Counted from the first letter of the whole stretch, positions 51,106 to 63,098 are shown. The stretch: 63,625 bases of DNA, filler included, from 8 parts of 8 records of this genome joined end to end with filler, not necessarily neighbours in it, one strand, 5' to 3'. Numbers and translations are program-made. Notes: generated by a model not told the origin, from the letters alone.

Positions 51106-53432
51106 CTATTTTTTTCTGGTACGTCTTGCTTTTGGCGCCGGAGCTTCATTGATAATCTTCATACAATCTTCAAAAGTTAAGTCTTTTGCCTCAACTTTTA
51201 TTGTCTTTGGAATTTTAACATTTTTCTTACCGTGCTTAATATACGGCCCCCATCGTCCGTTAAGGATACGCACTTCGGCATCTTCCTCGAATATTTTGAC
51301 AACCGCTTTCCTATCCTTTTCGCGCTTTTCTTCAATCAGTTCTATGGCCACATCTAAGCCAACCGAATAAGGGTCGTAATCTTTGCCCAGCGAAACAAAC
51401 TTATTATCGTGACGCACATACGGTCCGAAACGGCCAATGGCCACGGTTACCTTTTTATCTTCGTACATGCCCAATTCGCGCGGAAGCTTAAATAACTCCA
51501 GTGCTTCCTCAAGCGTAATAGTTTCAATGTGTTGTCCGGTACGCAAACTCGAAAATTGTGGCTTCTCGGCGTCTTCTTCGGTCGATGTTTCACCAATTTG
51601 AGCCAATGGACCGTAACGTCCAATCTTAACCGAAACTTGTTTCCCAGATTTTGGATCCTCTCCCAAAATGCGTTCCCCTTTCGAGCGTTCAGCATTCTGG
51701 GTAGCATCTTCTACACGATTATGGAAAGGCTGATAGAACTTGTCAATCATTTCGTTCCAAACCTTTTTACCATCGGCAATGTCGTCGAATTCTTTTTCAA
51801 CATTTGCGGTAAAATTATAATCCATAATCTGGTCGAAATTATCAATCAGGAAATCGTTTACAACAATACCAATATCGGTTGGGAACAATTTATTTTTTTC
51901 AGTACCGGTAATTTCAGTTTTAGCTTCTTCTTTTATCTCTCCGTCGTTCAACTCTAAAACGTAGTATTTTCGTTCAACACCCATACGCTCTTCTTTTACA
52001 ACATAATTCCTATTCTGAACGGTTGTAATAGTTGGTGCGTAAGTAGACGGACGACCAATTCCTAATTCTTCAAGTCGTTTTACCAAAGAAGCTTCTGTGT
52101 AACGTGCCGGACGTTGTGTGAATCGCTCGGTGGCCATTGCCGAATTCATTTTCAATTCGTCGTTTGCCTTTAACGGAGGAATAATACTTTGTCCGTTTCC
52201 ATTCCCGTTTTCATCGTCAGACGATTCAATATAAACTTTCAGGAAACCATCGAAAACAATAACTTCTCCGCTTGCAACAAATTTTTCGTCTGCATTCGAA
52301 ATATCGATAGTTACCGTTGTTCTTTCCATAATGGCATCAGCCATTTGCGAAGCGATGGTTCGTTTCCAAATAAGTTCGTACAGGCGTTGTTCCTGCGAAC
52401 TGCCATCAACGGTTTCATTTTCCATATAAGTTGGACGGATAGCTTCGTGCGCTTCTTGTGCACCTTTTGCTTTTGTCTTGAACTTACGTGTTTTTACATA
52501 TTTTTCGCCGTGGAGTTCTTCAATTTTTTCTTTGAAGTATTCAGCGCCAGACCCGAAAGATTCACAGAGTCGGTACGCATGTAGGTAATTTTACCGCTTT
52601 CGTACAATCGTTGTGCAACTGCCATGGTTTGCGAAACCGAGAAACTAAGTTTCCGACTGGCCTCTTGTTGCAAAGTAGAAGTTGTAAAAGGTTGAGCCGG
52701 TGTTCTTTTGCCAGGCTTTTTTACAACATTGCTTACGTTAAAATCAGCTGTTTTGCATTTTTCGAGAAATGCATTTGCCTCTTCGCGGGTTTTAAAACGT
52801 TTCGAAAGTTCGGCTTTAAGTACCGTTTTTTCATCAACCTGGAAATATGCATTAACTCTGAACGACGATACGCTTTTAAAATTTCGAATTTCACGTTCGC
52901 GTTCAACAATTAACCGAACAGCAACAGATTGCACTCGACCTGCCGACAGTGATGGTTTTACTTTTTTCCAGAGTACCGGTGACACCTCGAAACCAACAAT
53001 ACGATCTAACACACGACGAGCCTGTTGTGCATTCACTAAATGCTCATCAATATTTCGCGGAGTTTCAATAGCACGAGTAATTGCCTCTTTCGTAATCTCG
53101 TGAAAAACAATACGTTTTGTCTTTTCAGGTTTTAACTTTAGCACCTCTTTCAGATGCCATGCAATTGCCTCTCCCTCACGGTCTTCATCGGATGCGAGCC
53201 ATACCATTTCAGCATTTTTTGCCATTTTTTTCAGCTCGGTAACAATCTTTTTCTTATCCGGAGAAACAATGTACTTCGGTGTAAAATTCTTTTCTATATC
53301 AATACCGAAATCTTTCTTTTCCAAGTCTCTGATATGACCCATACTGGAGGTAACAACAAAGCTTTCGCCAAGAAATTTTTCGATAGTTTTCGCCTTTGCA
53401 GGTGACTCTACAATTACCAGGTTTTCGTGCAT
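51106..53432 (-). CDS. topA: DNA topoisomerase I, frameshift at the homopolymer run ~52525
   Basis: LVIVESPAKAKTI, ASDEDREGE, SAGRVQS, ITYMRTDS (catalytic Tyr), GIGRPSTYA, and GR.GP C-terminal repeats. Confidence 0.95.
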
Positions 53433-53646
53433 ATTCGTTCTAATCCGTTCTACAATTTTCTGCAAATTAAAGAAAATCAAATGCTAAGTTCAAAATTTAT
53501 GACGCTATTTTTTCATTTCTATATAATTGAAAATGATTAATTTATTTTTATTGGGCGAAAATATTATTGCTTTTCAATCCGTTAAAACAATTGTAGCATA
53601 TATATAATCGTATATCTTTGTTGCCTTATTATAATCTGCAGAATTC

Positions 53647-56031
53647 ATGGGAGAAAAGACTTTAAAATTTAAAAAATATCTTATCGCTTTCTGGTCGGTT
53701 GTGTTGCTTTCGATTGCAGGCGTGGTACTGCTTTTTGTAATGATTGGCAATGGCAAACTGGGTTTTATGCCTTCGTTTGAAGAGTTAGAGAATCCGAAAA
53801 ACATACTGGCCTCTGAAATTTATTTCGAAGATGGGAAAGGACTCGACAAATACTTTGTTCGCGAAAACCGCACCTTTATTGGTTACAATAATTTACCTCC
53901 TCATTTGGTCGACGCATTAATTGCCACAGAAGATGTTCGTTTTTACAACCATTCGGGAATCGACCTCCGCGGATTATTTCGTGTGGCAAAAGGAATTGTT
54001 ACCGGCGATGCGAGTTCGGGTGGAGGAAGTACGCTTAGCCAACAGTTAGCAAAAATGCTTTTCCCCAGAAACGGAGTAAGCAGCAAAGTTGATTTGGTAC
54101 TGCGAAAGTTTAAAGAATGGGTTATTGCCGTTAAACTTGAACGAAGCTATACCAAAAAGGAAATAATCTTAATGTATTTAAACAAATACGATTACCTGAA
54201 CAATGCTGTTGGTATTAAATCGGCTGCAAATGTTTACTTCAATATTCCTCCCGATTCCTTACAACTTCATCAGGCAGCAATGCTTGTTGGCATGGCAAAA
54301 AACTCGTCGTTATACAACCCTGTCCGACGTCCGGAACTGGTGAAAGAACGTAGAAATGTGGTTTTAAACCAAATGCAGAAATATGGTTACATTTCGGAAA
54401 GTGAATGCGAATCGGCCAAACAACTTTCACTTGACTTGGAATACAACAGGGTAGATTATAAACTGGGCCCGGCACCATATTTCAGAGAATATTTGCGCTT
54501 AACATTAACAGCCAAAAAACCCGTAAGAAAAAATTATGCCTCGTGGCAGGAGCAAAAATTTATTGAAGATTCGGATGAATGGGAAAACAACCCACTGTTT
54601 GGCTGGTGCAATAAAAACAAAAAACCCAATGGCGAAAACTGGAATATTTATACCGATGGATTAAAAATCCACACTACTCTTGATTCGCGTATGCAGAAAT
54701 ATGCAGTCGAGGCAGTTGAACAACACTTAGGCAAGGATTTACAGCCTTTATTTGATGGCAGTATGAAAGATTTACGAAATCCACCGTTTGCCAACAATAT
54801 GAGCGTAAAGGAAACCGAAGATCTTTTAAACCGTGAAATACGAAAAAGCGAACGCTACCGGTTAATGAAAAATGCCGGAAAAAACTTCGATGAAATAAAA
54901 GAGAAATTTAACGAACCCGCCCAAATGACTGTTTTCAAATGGGGAGGAGAAGTGGACACAACCATGACTCCAACCGACTCTATAAAATGGTATTTGCGTT
55001 ATTTCCGGTCGTCGTTTATGGCAGTTGATACCGAAAGCGGAAAAGTTAAAGCGTATGTTGGCGGCCCTAATTACAAGCATTTTATGTACGACATGGTTAA
55101 AGCGGGGAAACGACAAGTTGGTTCAACCGTAAAACCATTCTTGTACACTTTGGCCATGCAAAACGGATTAACACCATGCACAAAAGTACCATATGTAAGT
55201 CAACAGTTTATACAGTGGGACGGCACTATTTACGAACCAAAAGACTCTGATGTTGATGAGGAAATGGACGGAAAAATGGTAACTCTGAAATGGGGATTAG
55301 CCAACTCGAAAAACCGGATTTCGGCATGGGTATTAAAACAATACAATCCACAAGCGGTGGTTGAAGTTATGAAACGCCTTGGAATTGTCAGCCCAATCGA
55401 TCCCGTAAATTCAATGTTCCTTGGTGTTTCCGATGTTACTTTATACGAAATGGTCGGGGCTTTTAATACCTACGCTAACCTTGGAGTTTATACAAAACCA
55501 TATTTTGTTACCCATATTGAAGACAGGCATGGAAATATAATTGCTCGCTTCCAGCCAGAAAGACACGAGGCTATTGACGAAGAAACAGCTTACTTAATGC
55601 TGAACCTGTTGCAGGGAGTTATTAATGAAGGAACAGGAAAAAGGCTGCGTTTTTCAAACCTATTCCGGGACAGAGTTACGGAAGAGTATGGAATGTTTGA
55701 CTACAAAATGCCTATTGCAGGAAAAACAGGAACAACGCAGAACCACTCCGACGGTTGGTTTATTGGTGTTACACCAAAACTTACAGCAGGTGTTTGGACC
55801 GGTGCCGATTTAAGAAGTATCCACTTTAAAACAATTGGCTCAGGACAGGGAGCCAACATGGCTCTTCCGATTTGGGGTTACTTTTACAAAAAGGTACTCG
55901 CCGACGAATCATTGGGAATAAAAGAGGCCGAAATGGAATTTAAAAAACCGGCAAATTTTAATATCAATTTAGATTGCGACAATGTTAATTCGCAGAATAA
56001 TTCTACGCAGGAAGAAGACGAATTCTTTTAA
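53647..56031 (+). CDS. Class A penicillin-binding protein (PBP1a-like)
   Basis: TM anchor; ATEDVRF and GGSTLSQQLAK (transglycosylase); GSTVK, SKN and KTG (transpeptidase). Confidence 0.92.
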   Translation: MGEKTLKFKKYLIAFWSVVLLSIAGVVLLFVMIGNGKLGFMPSFEELENPKNILASEIYFEDGKGLDKYFVRENRTFIGYNNLPPHLVDALIATEDVRFYNHSGIDLRGLFRVAKGIVTGDASSGGGSTLSQQLAKMLFPRNGVSSKVDLVLRKFKEWVIAVKLERSYTKKEIILMYLNKYDYLNNAVGIKSAANVYFNIPPDSLQLHQAAMLVGMAKNSSLYNPVRRPELVKERRNVVLNQMQKYGYISESECESAKQLSLDLEYNRVDYKLGPAPYFREYLRLTLTAKKPVRKNYASWQEQKFIEDSDEWENNPLFGWCNKNKKPNGENWNIYTDGLKIHTTLDSRMQKYAVEAVEQHLGKDLQPLFDGSMKDLRNPPFANNMSVKETEDLLNREIRKSERYRLMKNAGKNFDEIKEKFNEPAQMTVFKWGGEVDTTMTPTDSIKWYLRYFRSSFMAVDTESGKVKAYVGGPNYKHFMYDMVKAGKRQVGSTVKPFLYTLAMQNGLTPCTKVPYVSQQFIQWDGTIYEPKDSDVDEEMDGKMVTLKWGLANSKNRISAWVLKQYNPQAVVEVMKRLGIVSPIDPVNSMFLGVSDVTLYEMVGAFNTYANLGVYTKPYFVTHIEDRHGNIIARFQPERHEAIDEETAYLMLNLLQGVINEGTGKRLRFSNLFRDRVTEEYGMFDYKMPIAGKTGTTQNHSDGWFIGVTPKLTAGVWTGADLRSIHFKTIGSGQGANMALPIWGYFYKKVLADESLGIKEAEMEFKKPANFNINLDCDNVNSQNNSTQEEDEFF

Positions 56032-56054
56032 ACAGATATTTATCGAGAGAATCG

Positions 56055-56091
56055 AAAAGCCGGCATCTGTCTTGTAAAGATGCCGGCTTTT
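56055..56091. terminator. Bidirectional terminator
   Basis: AAAAGCCGGCATCT...AGATGCCGGCTTTT. Confidence 0.8.
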
Positions 56092-56108
56092 TGTTTTAAA
56101 CAACAAAC

Positions 56109-56627
56109 TTAAAATTTGTTCTCGTGTATTTTATCGAACTGCAATTCATCAAAGGCTTTTCCTTCTCTCAACTTTTCAGAATAACCAATTGTAACAATAC
56201 TTAGTACCCTTAAATTTTCAGGGATATCTAATAAATCTTGAATGTATTTTTCCGAAGATAATTTTTCGGAATGTTGCCGATTACGAACCTGAATCCAGCA
56301 GCTACCTAAATCCAGTGATTGTGCGGTTAATTGCAGCAAAATTGATGCAATGGAACAGTCTTCTACCCAAACGTCGTTCTTGGTTTCATCAGCACAAATT
56401 ACGACTGCCAAAGGGGCTGTCTCTAAAGGTTTTATTCCATGTGGTTTACAAGCTTTCAATTTGTCAATTATCGTTTCTTCATTAACAAATATAAATTCCC
56501 AGGGATTAATATTTTTTGAAGAAGGAGCTCTTAAAACAGTTTCTTTCAGAAGCTCAACTTTTTCTTCTTCAATTGCTTGTGTTGTATATTTTCTTGTGCT
56601 TCTTCTTTCTCTCAATAATTCAATCAT
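56109..56627 (-). CDS. Nitroreductase family protein
   Basis: RRSTRKY, APSS.N..PWEF, DCSIA, LGSCWIQ. Confidence 0.9.
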   Translation of the reverse strand: MIELLRERRSTRKYTTQAIEEEKVELLKETVLRAPSSKNINPWEFIFVNEETIIDKLKACKPHGIKPLETAPLAVVICADETKNDVWVEDCSIASILLQLTAQSLDLGSCWIQVRNRQHSEKLSSEKYIQDLLDIPENLRVLSIVTIGYSEKLREGKAFDELQFDKIHENKF

Positions 56628-57097
56628 AGCAATACTTTTTCAAAACAGTTACTGTGTAAATTTTCTTTATAAATGCCGTAATTCGGAATTCGCGAATAAC
56701 CAGCTTTTTCATATAAATCTATGGCTTCAGGTTGCCTGTCTCCGGTTTCCAACCATATTTTTGAGTAACGAAATTCTTTAGCCTGTGTTTCAAGCTCTTC
56801 CAAAAGATTTTTAGCCAAACCACTCCCTCTAAAACCAGGCTTAACAAACATCCTTTTTATTTCAACAATTTCATCTCCCTTTAAAGAGCGTAAAGCCCCG
56901 CAAGCGGCAGGTTCACCTTCAAAATAAACAATGTAAAAACCCGCGTTTCCTGCAGTAACTTCTTCGGGCGAAAAAGCTCCTTTTCCATCTTGTTGAAAAT
57001 CGTAACGCTTGGCAATATCTTTTGTTAATCCATCAATTAAACGCTTTGCATCAAGTGAGAGCGGACTGACTTTTCGGATTTCAATTCCTTTTTCCAT
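56624..57097 (-). CDS. GNAT acetyltransferase
   Basis: EIKRMFV...RGSGLA, LETG..QPEAI.LYEK.GY. Confidence 0.88.
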   Translation of the reverse strand: MEKGIEIRKVSPLSLDAKRLIDGLTKDIAKRYDFQQDGKGAFSPEEVTAGNAGFYIVYFEGEPAACGALRSLKGDEIVEIKRMFVKPGFRGSGLAKNLLEELETQAKEFRYSKIWLETGDRQPEAIDLYEKAGYSRIPNYGIYKENLHSNCFEKVLL

Positions 57098-57153
57098 ATC
57101 AACAAGAAACAAAAATTTCCTAACTTCATAAGCTCAACTTAACAACTAACATT

Positions 57154-58089
57154 ATGAATTTCAGGATCATTTTACTTTCCATTTTATTGCTGTTAACATA
57201 TTCATGTGGAAACTACTATTCAATAAATGATTTTAAAAAAGTGGAAAAAATTGATGCCCATTACCACGTTTACACAAGCGAAAGTATTTCAATGGAACAA
57301 GCTGAAAAAGACAACTTCAAATTATTGTCCATAAATACGAATTCGGGAACATGCGAACGGGTTGTTACAGCACATCAGTGGCTGAAAAAACTAAACCGGC
57401 AATTTCCTGGCGAATTTGAATACACCACTACTTTTTGTTTAGACGGCTGGGACGAATCTGCATGGACCGACAATACTATTTCGTGGTTAAAACAAACCAT
57501 TAACGATGGTGCTATTTCGGTTAAAGTTTGGAAAAATATTGGAATGGAATTTCGCGATAAAGACAGTGTTTTGGTAATGATTGACGATTCGCAGCTCGAT
57601 CTTGTTTTTAAATTTCTGGCTGAAAATAATATTCCTTTGGTTGCACATTTGGGAGAGCCGAAAGCTTGCTGGCAACCTGTTGAAGAAATGAAAGCCAGCA
57701 ATAATCGGAATTATTTTACGAATAATCCGCAATACCATATGTATCTGCATCCCGAATACCCCAGCTATGAAGAACAAATGGCAGCCCGCGATCGAATGTT
57801 GGATAAAAATCCTGATTTAATTTTCATCGGCTGTCATTTAGCAAGTTTGGAATGGAGTGTGGATATTTTGGGCGAATGGCTCGAAAAATATCCGAATACA
57901 GCAGTAGACATGGCAGCGCGAATGGGTGATCTTTTTTACCAAACACGAGACGATTACGATAAGGTGAGAGACTTTTTTATTAAGTATCAGGATCGGATTT
58001 TATATGGAACAGACATAATTGATCGCGGTGGCGATAAAGAAATTTTTCATAAACGAATGCACGAAACCTGGCTGCGCGACTGGGAATAC
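57154..58089 (+). CDS. Amidohydrolase family lipoprotein, 3' partial
   Basis: Lipobox TYSC, IDAHYH, VKVWK, GCHL, DRILYGTD. Confidence 0.82.
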
Positions 58090-58189
58090 NNNNNNNNNNN
58101 NNNNNNNNNNNNNNNNNNNNNNNNNNNNNNNNNTTAATTAATTAANNNNNNNNNNNNNNNNNNNNNNNNNNNNNNNNNNNNNNNNNNNN
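58090..58189. other. Artificial contig linker
   Basis: N44-TTAATTAATTAA-N44. Confidence 0.98.
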
Positions 58190-58834
58190 GATGATGGGAT
58201 AGGTGACAAAGTCGGAATGTTTTTTGACAATGTGTCGGATGGTGTACTCTTCGGTGAAATCCTGCTCACCCTCTTCAACATCCTTCAGCTGAAGGGTGAT
58301 GGTGGTGCCTCTGGAGGCTTTTTCCACCTCTTCCACGGTGTAGGATCCTTTTCCGTCGGATTCCCATTTCACACCGGTTTCCGCTCCGGCCGCCTTGGTG
58401 GTCAACGTGATGTGGTCGGCGGCAATGAAAGCGCTGTAGAACCCGACGCCAAACTGCCCGATCAACTCGGGGCTGATGAGGCCATTTTCTTGTTTTGATC
58501 GCTCCAGCGCTTCCATGAACGCTTTTGTTCCACTTTTTGCAATGGTACCGATGTTTTCATTGACTTCATCATAGGTCATGCCGATACCGTTATCGGAAAT
58601 TTCAAAGCGTTTTTTTTCGGGATCGGTGGAGATTCGAATGTGATAGTCGTTATCACCTTCGAAGAGCTCCGGCTCGGTCTGCTCTTTGAACCGGGCTTTG
58701 TCGATGGCGTCCGATGCGTTGGAGACCAGCTCCCGGACAAAAATTTCTCTGTTGGAGTAGAGAGAGTTGATGATCAAGTGCAGAAGCTGCTGAACCTCGG
58801 TTTTAAATTCACATGTCTCTTGTCTGTTACTCAT
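58190..58834 (-). CDS. htpG: Chaperone HtpG (Hsp90), 3' partial
   Basis: [43 protein letters not shown]. Confidence 0.96.
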
Positions 58835-59027
58835 TGTTTCTCCTGAAATTGCTGTGGTTGAAGCGTGTGGTTTTTTTCCCGTCAATTATTTGTTATAGTT
58901 TAGTAATCGACATAAATAATTGATGCAAAAACGGGATTGTCAAGGCAATCCGACCCGCCTTGTGCAGGTTTTTTTTGAAGCGGTTTAATAAAAAGGGCAT
59001 TGCATATGGGAAAAGAGGGAGGAATAG

Positions 59028-60890
59028 ATGACGGTAACCATCAATCGATCCAACTGGCAGGAGCACCTGACCACCCCGGAGTGCGTCCTGGAGCGTATCA
59101 AACCGGGGATGACCGTTTTTGTAGGGACGGGGCCTGCATCTCCCCGAACGTTGACACGGGTGCTGCTCGATTATGATGAGCACAATCTCAGAGACATCGA
59201 GCTGGTGCAGCTGGCGGTGATGGGAGATACCATTCTATCCGTCGAGAAATTGGACGCCCCCAATTATCGGTTGAAGACTTTTTTTTCCGGTTATGTCGCC
59301 TGGGACACCATTTCATCCGGCCGGGTGGATTTGATTCCGGCGTATTCATCAGAGATTCCAAAGATTATCAAAGAGGGGAAGGTCTCCATCGATGTGGCGT
59401 TCATCCAGATTACTCCGCCCAACGAAACCGGATACGCCAGCCTGGGAGTGGCTGTGGATGTCGCCCGGGAAGCCATCGATCAGGCGACCCTGGTGGTCGG
59501 AGAGATCAATCCCGAGATGCCCTATACCTTCGGGGATACGTTTGTATCTATTCAAGATTTCGATCTTCTGATTCAGTCGGAAAAGCCGCCGCTTCACTAT
59601 GGGCCTCAGAAGGCTTACACCCAGATGGATCTGGTGGCTAAAAATGTAGCCTCCGTTATTGCCGATGGCGATTGTTTGAGTTTCTCCCACGGGGCCATGT
59701 TCGATGCGTTGGTACCGCATTTGATCAACCGGCAGGATTTGGGAATCCATTCGTTTTATTTTACAGATGCCGCTGCCACACTTGTCAAAAGCGGTGCCGT
59801 GACCAACTCAAAAAAATCGCCGTTTCGGGGAAAGTCCCTATGCTCATATGCGCTCGGATCCCCGTCCCTGATGAAGTGGCTGGATCGAAATCCCCTTGTG
59901 GAGTTTCAGGGGATCGACTGGGTCTGCAATCCCCGGCTCATCGGCAGCAACCCCCAGTTCGTTGCACTTTATGAAGCCAGAAAGGCCGATTTGCTGGGGG
60001 GGGTCGCCTTTCCCCTGAAGGGCACCGTTGTGACCGGCCCCGGTGAGGCCATGGACTTCATCACCGGGGCTGAAATTTCCCATGAGGGGTGTACCATTTT
60101 CGGACTCCCCAGTCGAAATCTGAAAGGGGAATCCAATATCATGTTGGCGTTGGAATCATTCCCCAACCAGCTGCGGCTCCGGGAGTCGGTGCATATGATC
60201 GTGACGGAATACGGCATTGCCAATTTGAAATGGCGACCCCTTCGGGAGCGGGCCCAGGCCATGATCGACATCGCCCATCCCGACGATCGGGAGCGGCTCA
60301 TGGAAGGGGCTCGGCAAAAGAAGTTAATTTATGCCAATCAGATTTTCATTCCCCGGTCGGCTCACCTCTATCCGTCCCACATTGCCGCATCCCACCGCTT
60401 CAAAGGGGGCATTACCCTTCGGTTTCGTGCCATCAGACCGTCGGATGAGTCCTCCATGCGGCGGTTTTTCTATCGCTGTTCCGATGAGATGATTTTTTAT
60501 CGGTTTTTTTACTCCATCAAGACCATGGATCACGACAAGATGCAGGAATACGTCAATGTGGATTACAGCAGTGAGCTATCCATTGTCGGGCTCTCCGGAA
60601 TGGCGGATGATGAGCGGATTGTGGCTGAAGGGCGGCTCTTCAGAAATGAGCGAACCAATTACGGTGAGGTGGCATTCCTGATCCAGGACGAGTTTCAGGG
60701 GGTCGGGGTGGGGTCATACATGCTTGCTCTTTTTATCAGCGAAGCAAGAGATCGGGGAGTGAACGGCCTCAGTGCAGAGGTGCTTGCCGACAATCAGGCC
60801 ATGATTCGGGTGTTTGAAAAAGCGCAGTTGCCCATGGATGCGCGCCTTGAAAACGGGGTCTATAAATTGACCATGCATTTTCAGGATTAG
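59028..60890 (+). CDS. Acetyl-CoA hydrolase/CoA-transferase-like domain fused to a C-terminal GNAT
   Basis: DVAFIQITPP..GY.SLG..VD, VTEYGIANL, ERA.AMI.IAHPD.R, then YRFF, EVAFL..D.FQG.GVG, DN.AM..VF. Confidence 0.85.
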   Translation: MTVTINRSNWQEHLTTPECVLERIKPGMTVFVGTGPASPRTLTRVLLDYDEHNLRDIELVQLAVMGDTILSVEKLDAPNYRLKTFFSGYVAWDTISSGRVDLIPAYSSEIPKIIKEGKVSIDVAFIQITPPNETGYASLGVAVDVAREAIDQATLVVGEINPEMPYTFGDTFVSIQDFDLLIQSEKPPLHYGPQKAYTQMDLVAKNVASVIADGDCLSFSHGAMFDALVPHLINRQDLGIHSFYFTDAAATLVKSGAVTNSKKSPFRGKSLCSYALGSPSLMKWLDRNPLVEFQGIDWVCNPRLIGSNPQFVALYEARKADLLGGVAFPLKGTVVTGPGEAMDFITGAEISHEGCTIFGLPSRNLKGESNIMLALESFPNQLRLRESVHMIVTEYGIANLKWRPLRERAQAMIDIAHPDDRERLMEGARQKKLIYANQIFIPRSAHLYPSHIAASHRFKGGITLRFRAIRPSDESSMRRFFYRCSDEMIFYRFFYSIKTMDHDKMQEYVNVDYSSELSIVGLSGMADDERIVAEGRLFRNERTNYGEVAFLIQDEFQGVGVGSYMLALFISEARDRGVNGLSAEVLADNQAMIRVFEKAQLPMDARLENGVYKLTMHFQD

Positions 60891-60982
60891 AAATGGGGTT
60901 CAAGGGAGGGGGCATTTGCCTGATTTGGGGACAGATTTCAAATTTCTCCCGACTGGCCTAATGGGGATGAAAGGAATATGCG

Positions 60983-61450
60983 TCAGAGTGTCAGCAAATT
61001 GAATCCGGTGGCGGGATCCGGTGCCCGCACCCCATCAATACCCATCAATTCCATGATCACCACCTCCATGTACAGCCAAACCAATACCCCGTTTCTGGCG
61101 CATCCGGTGATGGAGCGATTCTCTCTCCCGCAGGATAAATGGAGATGAAGAATCGGCTCCCCCGCTTCATTGGGAAAGAATGTACCGATTCCTGCCGATT
61201 CATGCACGCCGTCCAGAATATGATTATAGAGCGGCATGGTTGGTGAAACAGGCGTTTTGTCGGGATCTTTTGGACCGGTCACCAGATTGCTCTTTTCATC
61301 CGCCCCTCCAATGGTCCAAAGAACGCCTCGTTTCAGATTTCGTTCCTTTGCAAATCTCTCCAGTGTCTCGTGAATGACTTCTCCCTGTTCCAGTCGAACG
61401 ACAAACGTTCTGCCGACGGTTGCTTCCCGGTATTTGATGATGACCTCCAA
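60983..61450 (-). CDS. PPC domain (DUF296) protein
   Basis: FVVRLE.GE, IGG, G.P.LHLH.S.GR, EVVI.EL. Confidence 0.8.
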   Translation of the reverse strand: MEVIIKYREATVGRTFVVRLEQGEVIHETLERFAKERNLKRGVLWTIGGADEKSNLVTGPKDPDKTPVSPTMPLYNHILDGVHESAGIGTFFPNEAGEPILHLHLSCGRENRSITGCARNGVLVWLYMEVVIMELMGIDGVRAPDPATGFNLLTL

Positions 61451-61466
61451 AAATTGTCGTGTTTGC

Positions 61467-63098
61467 TTACGGCAAAAAATGCTTTCGTTTTAATTTATGT
61501 TTTTTAATCTTGTAGTGGAGCAGCTGTCGGGAAATCCCCAACTGTTTGGCTGCTTGGGTGACATTTCCTTGAGAGGACTCCAAGGCCTGAATGACGGCAA
61601 TTCTTTCATGTTGGGTCTGGCTTTGAAAGAGTCCGATATGGTCATCGGATATGGACGGAGTTGAAAGAGGCTGCGTCGGCTCAGGTGTAGGTAACTGAGA
61701 TTGCGAGTGCAATTGTGGTTGGGATTGGGACGGCAACGACGACGAAAATGGGGAGTGAGGGTGAGGTCGGGGGGGGGGATGAGAGCGGCGTCGTTTCCGG
61801 TGGAGAGGGTGAATTCGAAGGTGATGTCAATGGATTGGGCATTGGTGCTTTTTCGGCACTATTCTCCACAGGAACAAACGCATTCATGTCCGGAGATAAA
61901 TGCTGCACATCAATGATCTTGTTATGTCCCACAAGATTCATGGCCCCTTCCATGAGGTGTTCCAGCTCCCGAACATTGCCCGGCCAGTTGTAGGACATGA
62001 ACAGCTCCATCACCCTCTCGGAAATTTGTTTGACATTGGTGCCGAGTACCGGATTCAGCTTTTCGATAAAGTGGGTGGTGAGTTCCGCCATGCCCCCTCT
62101 GCGGTCCCGAAGTGGCGGAATCTTGATGAGCACAACGCCGAGTCGATAGTATAGATCGATTCTGAGTTCATCCCGCTGGATCGCCAGCCGGGGATCTCGG
62201 CTGACGGAGCTGATGATTTTGACATTCACGTCGATCTCATGGGGAGAGCCGACCCGTCGCACTTTTTTTCCTGGAGTACCCGCAAAAGCTTTGCCTGGAG
62301 ATGAATCGGCATGGCCAACAGCTCATCGAGAAAGAGGGTGCCCCCTTCAGCGACTTCAAACAAGCCGGCTTTGTCCATGGCGCCGGTAAAGGCCCCTTTG
62401 GTGGTGCCGAAAAGCAGGCCCTCCAGCAGATCATGGGGGATTGCCGCGCAGTTCACCGCCACATACCGTTTTCCATGACGGCTGCTGTGGTTGTGTATGG
62501 ATTGGGCGAACAGTTCCTTACCGGTACCGGTCTCCCCCAGAAGCATGACCGGTGAGGCGGAGTTGGCCGCCTGCCTTGCAATTCTCACGGCACGCTGAAA
62601 CAAGGGGCTGTTGCCGATGAGATCGGCAAATGAGAAGCGGGTACCGTTTCCAAAATCGGGACGGCATTCCCGGGAGCTACTCATGGGAGTAGAGTGTTGG
62701 AGCAGCTGATAATCTTTGACAAAACAGACCGTGCCGGTCACATTCCGGTCGGTGAACAGGGGGTAGACGCTGGTGATGGTATGGGTCACCTTTCCCGAGA
62801 TGGTGCGATAGAAAAAGGTGCGGTTTTTAATGGCGGCCCGGCGGGAAATACACTGCATGACCATGCTGGTGCGATCGTTGAGTTCGTAGATGTCGGTGAC
62901 TTTGAGACCCAGTACATCGCTGGGATTTAAGTTGTCGATGGCGGCCTGGGCCTTGTTGTAAAAGAGAATTTTCCCGCTCAAATCGGTGATGATCACCCCG
63001 TCATCCAGCCTGTCCAGTAAGTCGATGAAGTCGATGAAGTCGATGCCGGCCACGTCCGGATGGGGGGAGATGTTATGGAGACCTGACGGGGAAATCAT
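61467..63098 (-). CDS. PAS-domain sigma54-dependent activator (RocR-like), two frameshifts (~62265, ~61770)
   Basis: PAS domain, GETGTGKE, NCAA, GAFTGA, LFLDE, WPGNVREL, Pro/Ser linker, and Fis HTH AAKQLGISRQLL.YK. Confidence 0.88.

Noticed and set aside
8258-58189. Seven recurring TTAATTAATTAA motifs as a biological repeat
   Set aside because: Each is centred in identical N padding and separates fragments of different composition, so they are concatenation linkers. No cross-linker gene associations were made.
63021-63045. 9-bp tandem repeat GTCGATGAA (IDF repeats)
   Set aside because: A short in-frame coding duplication with no evident function.
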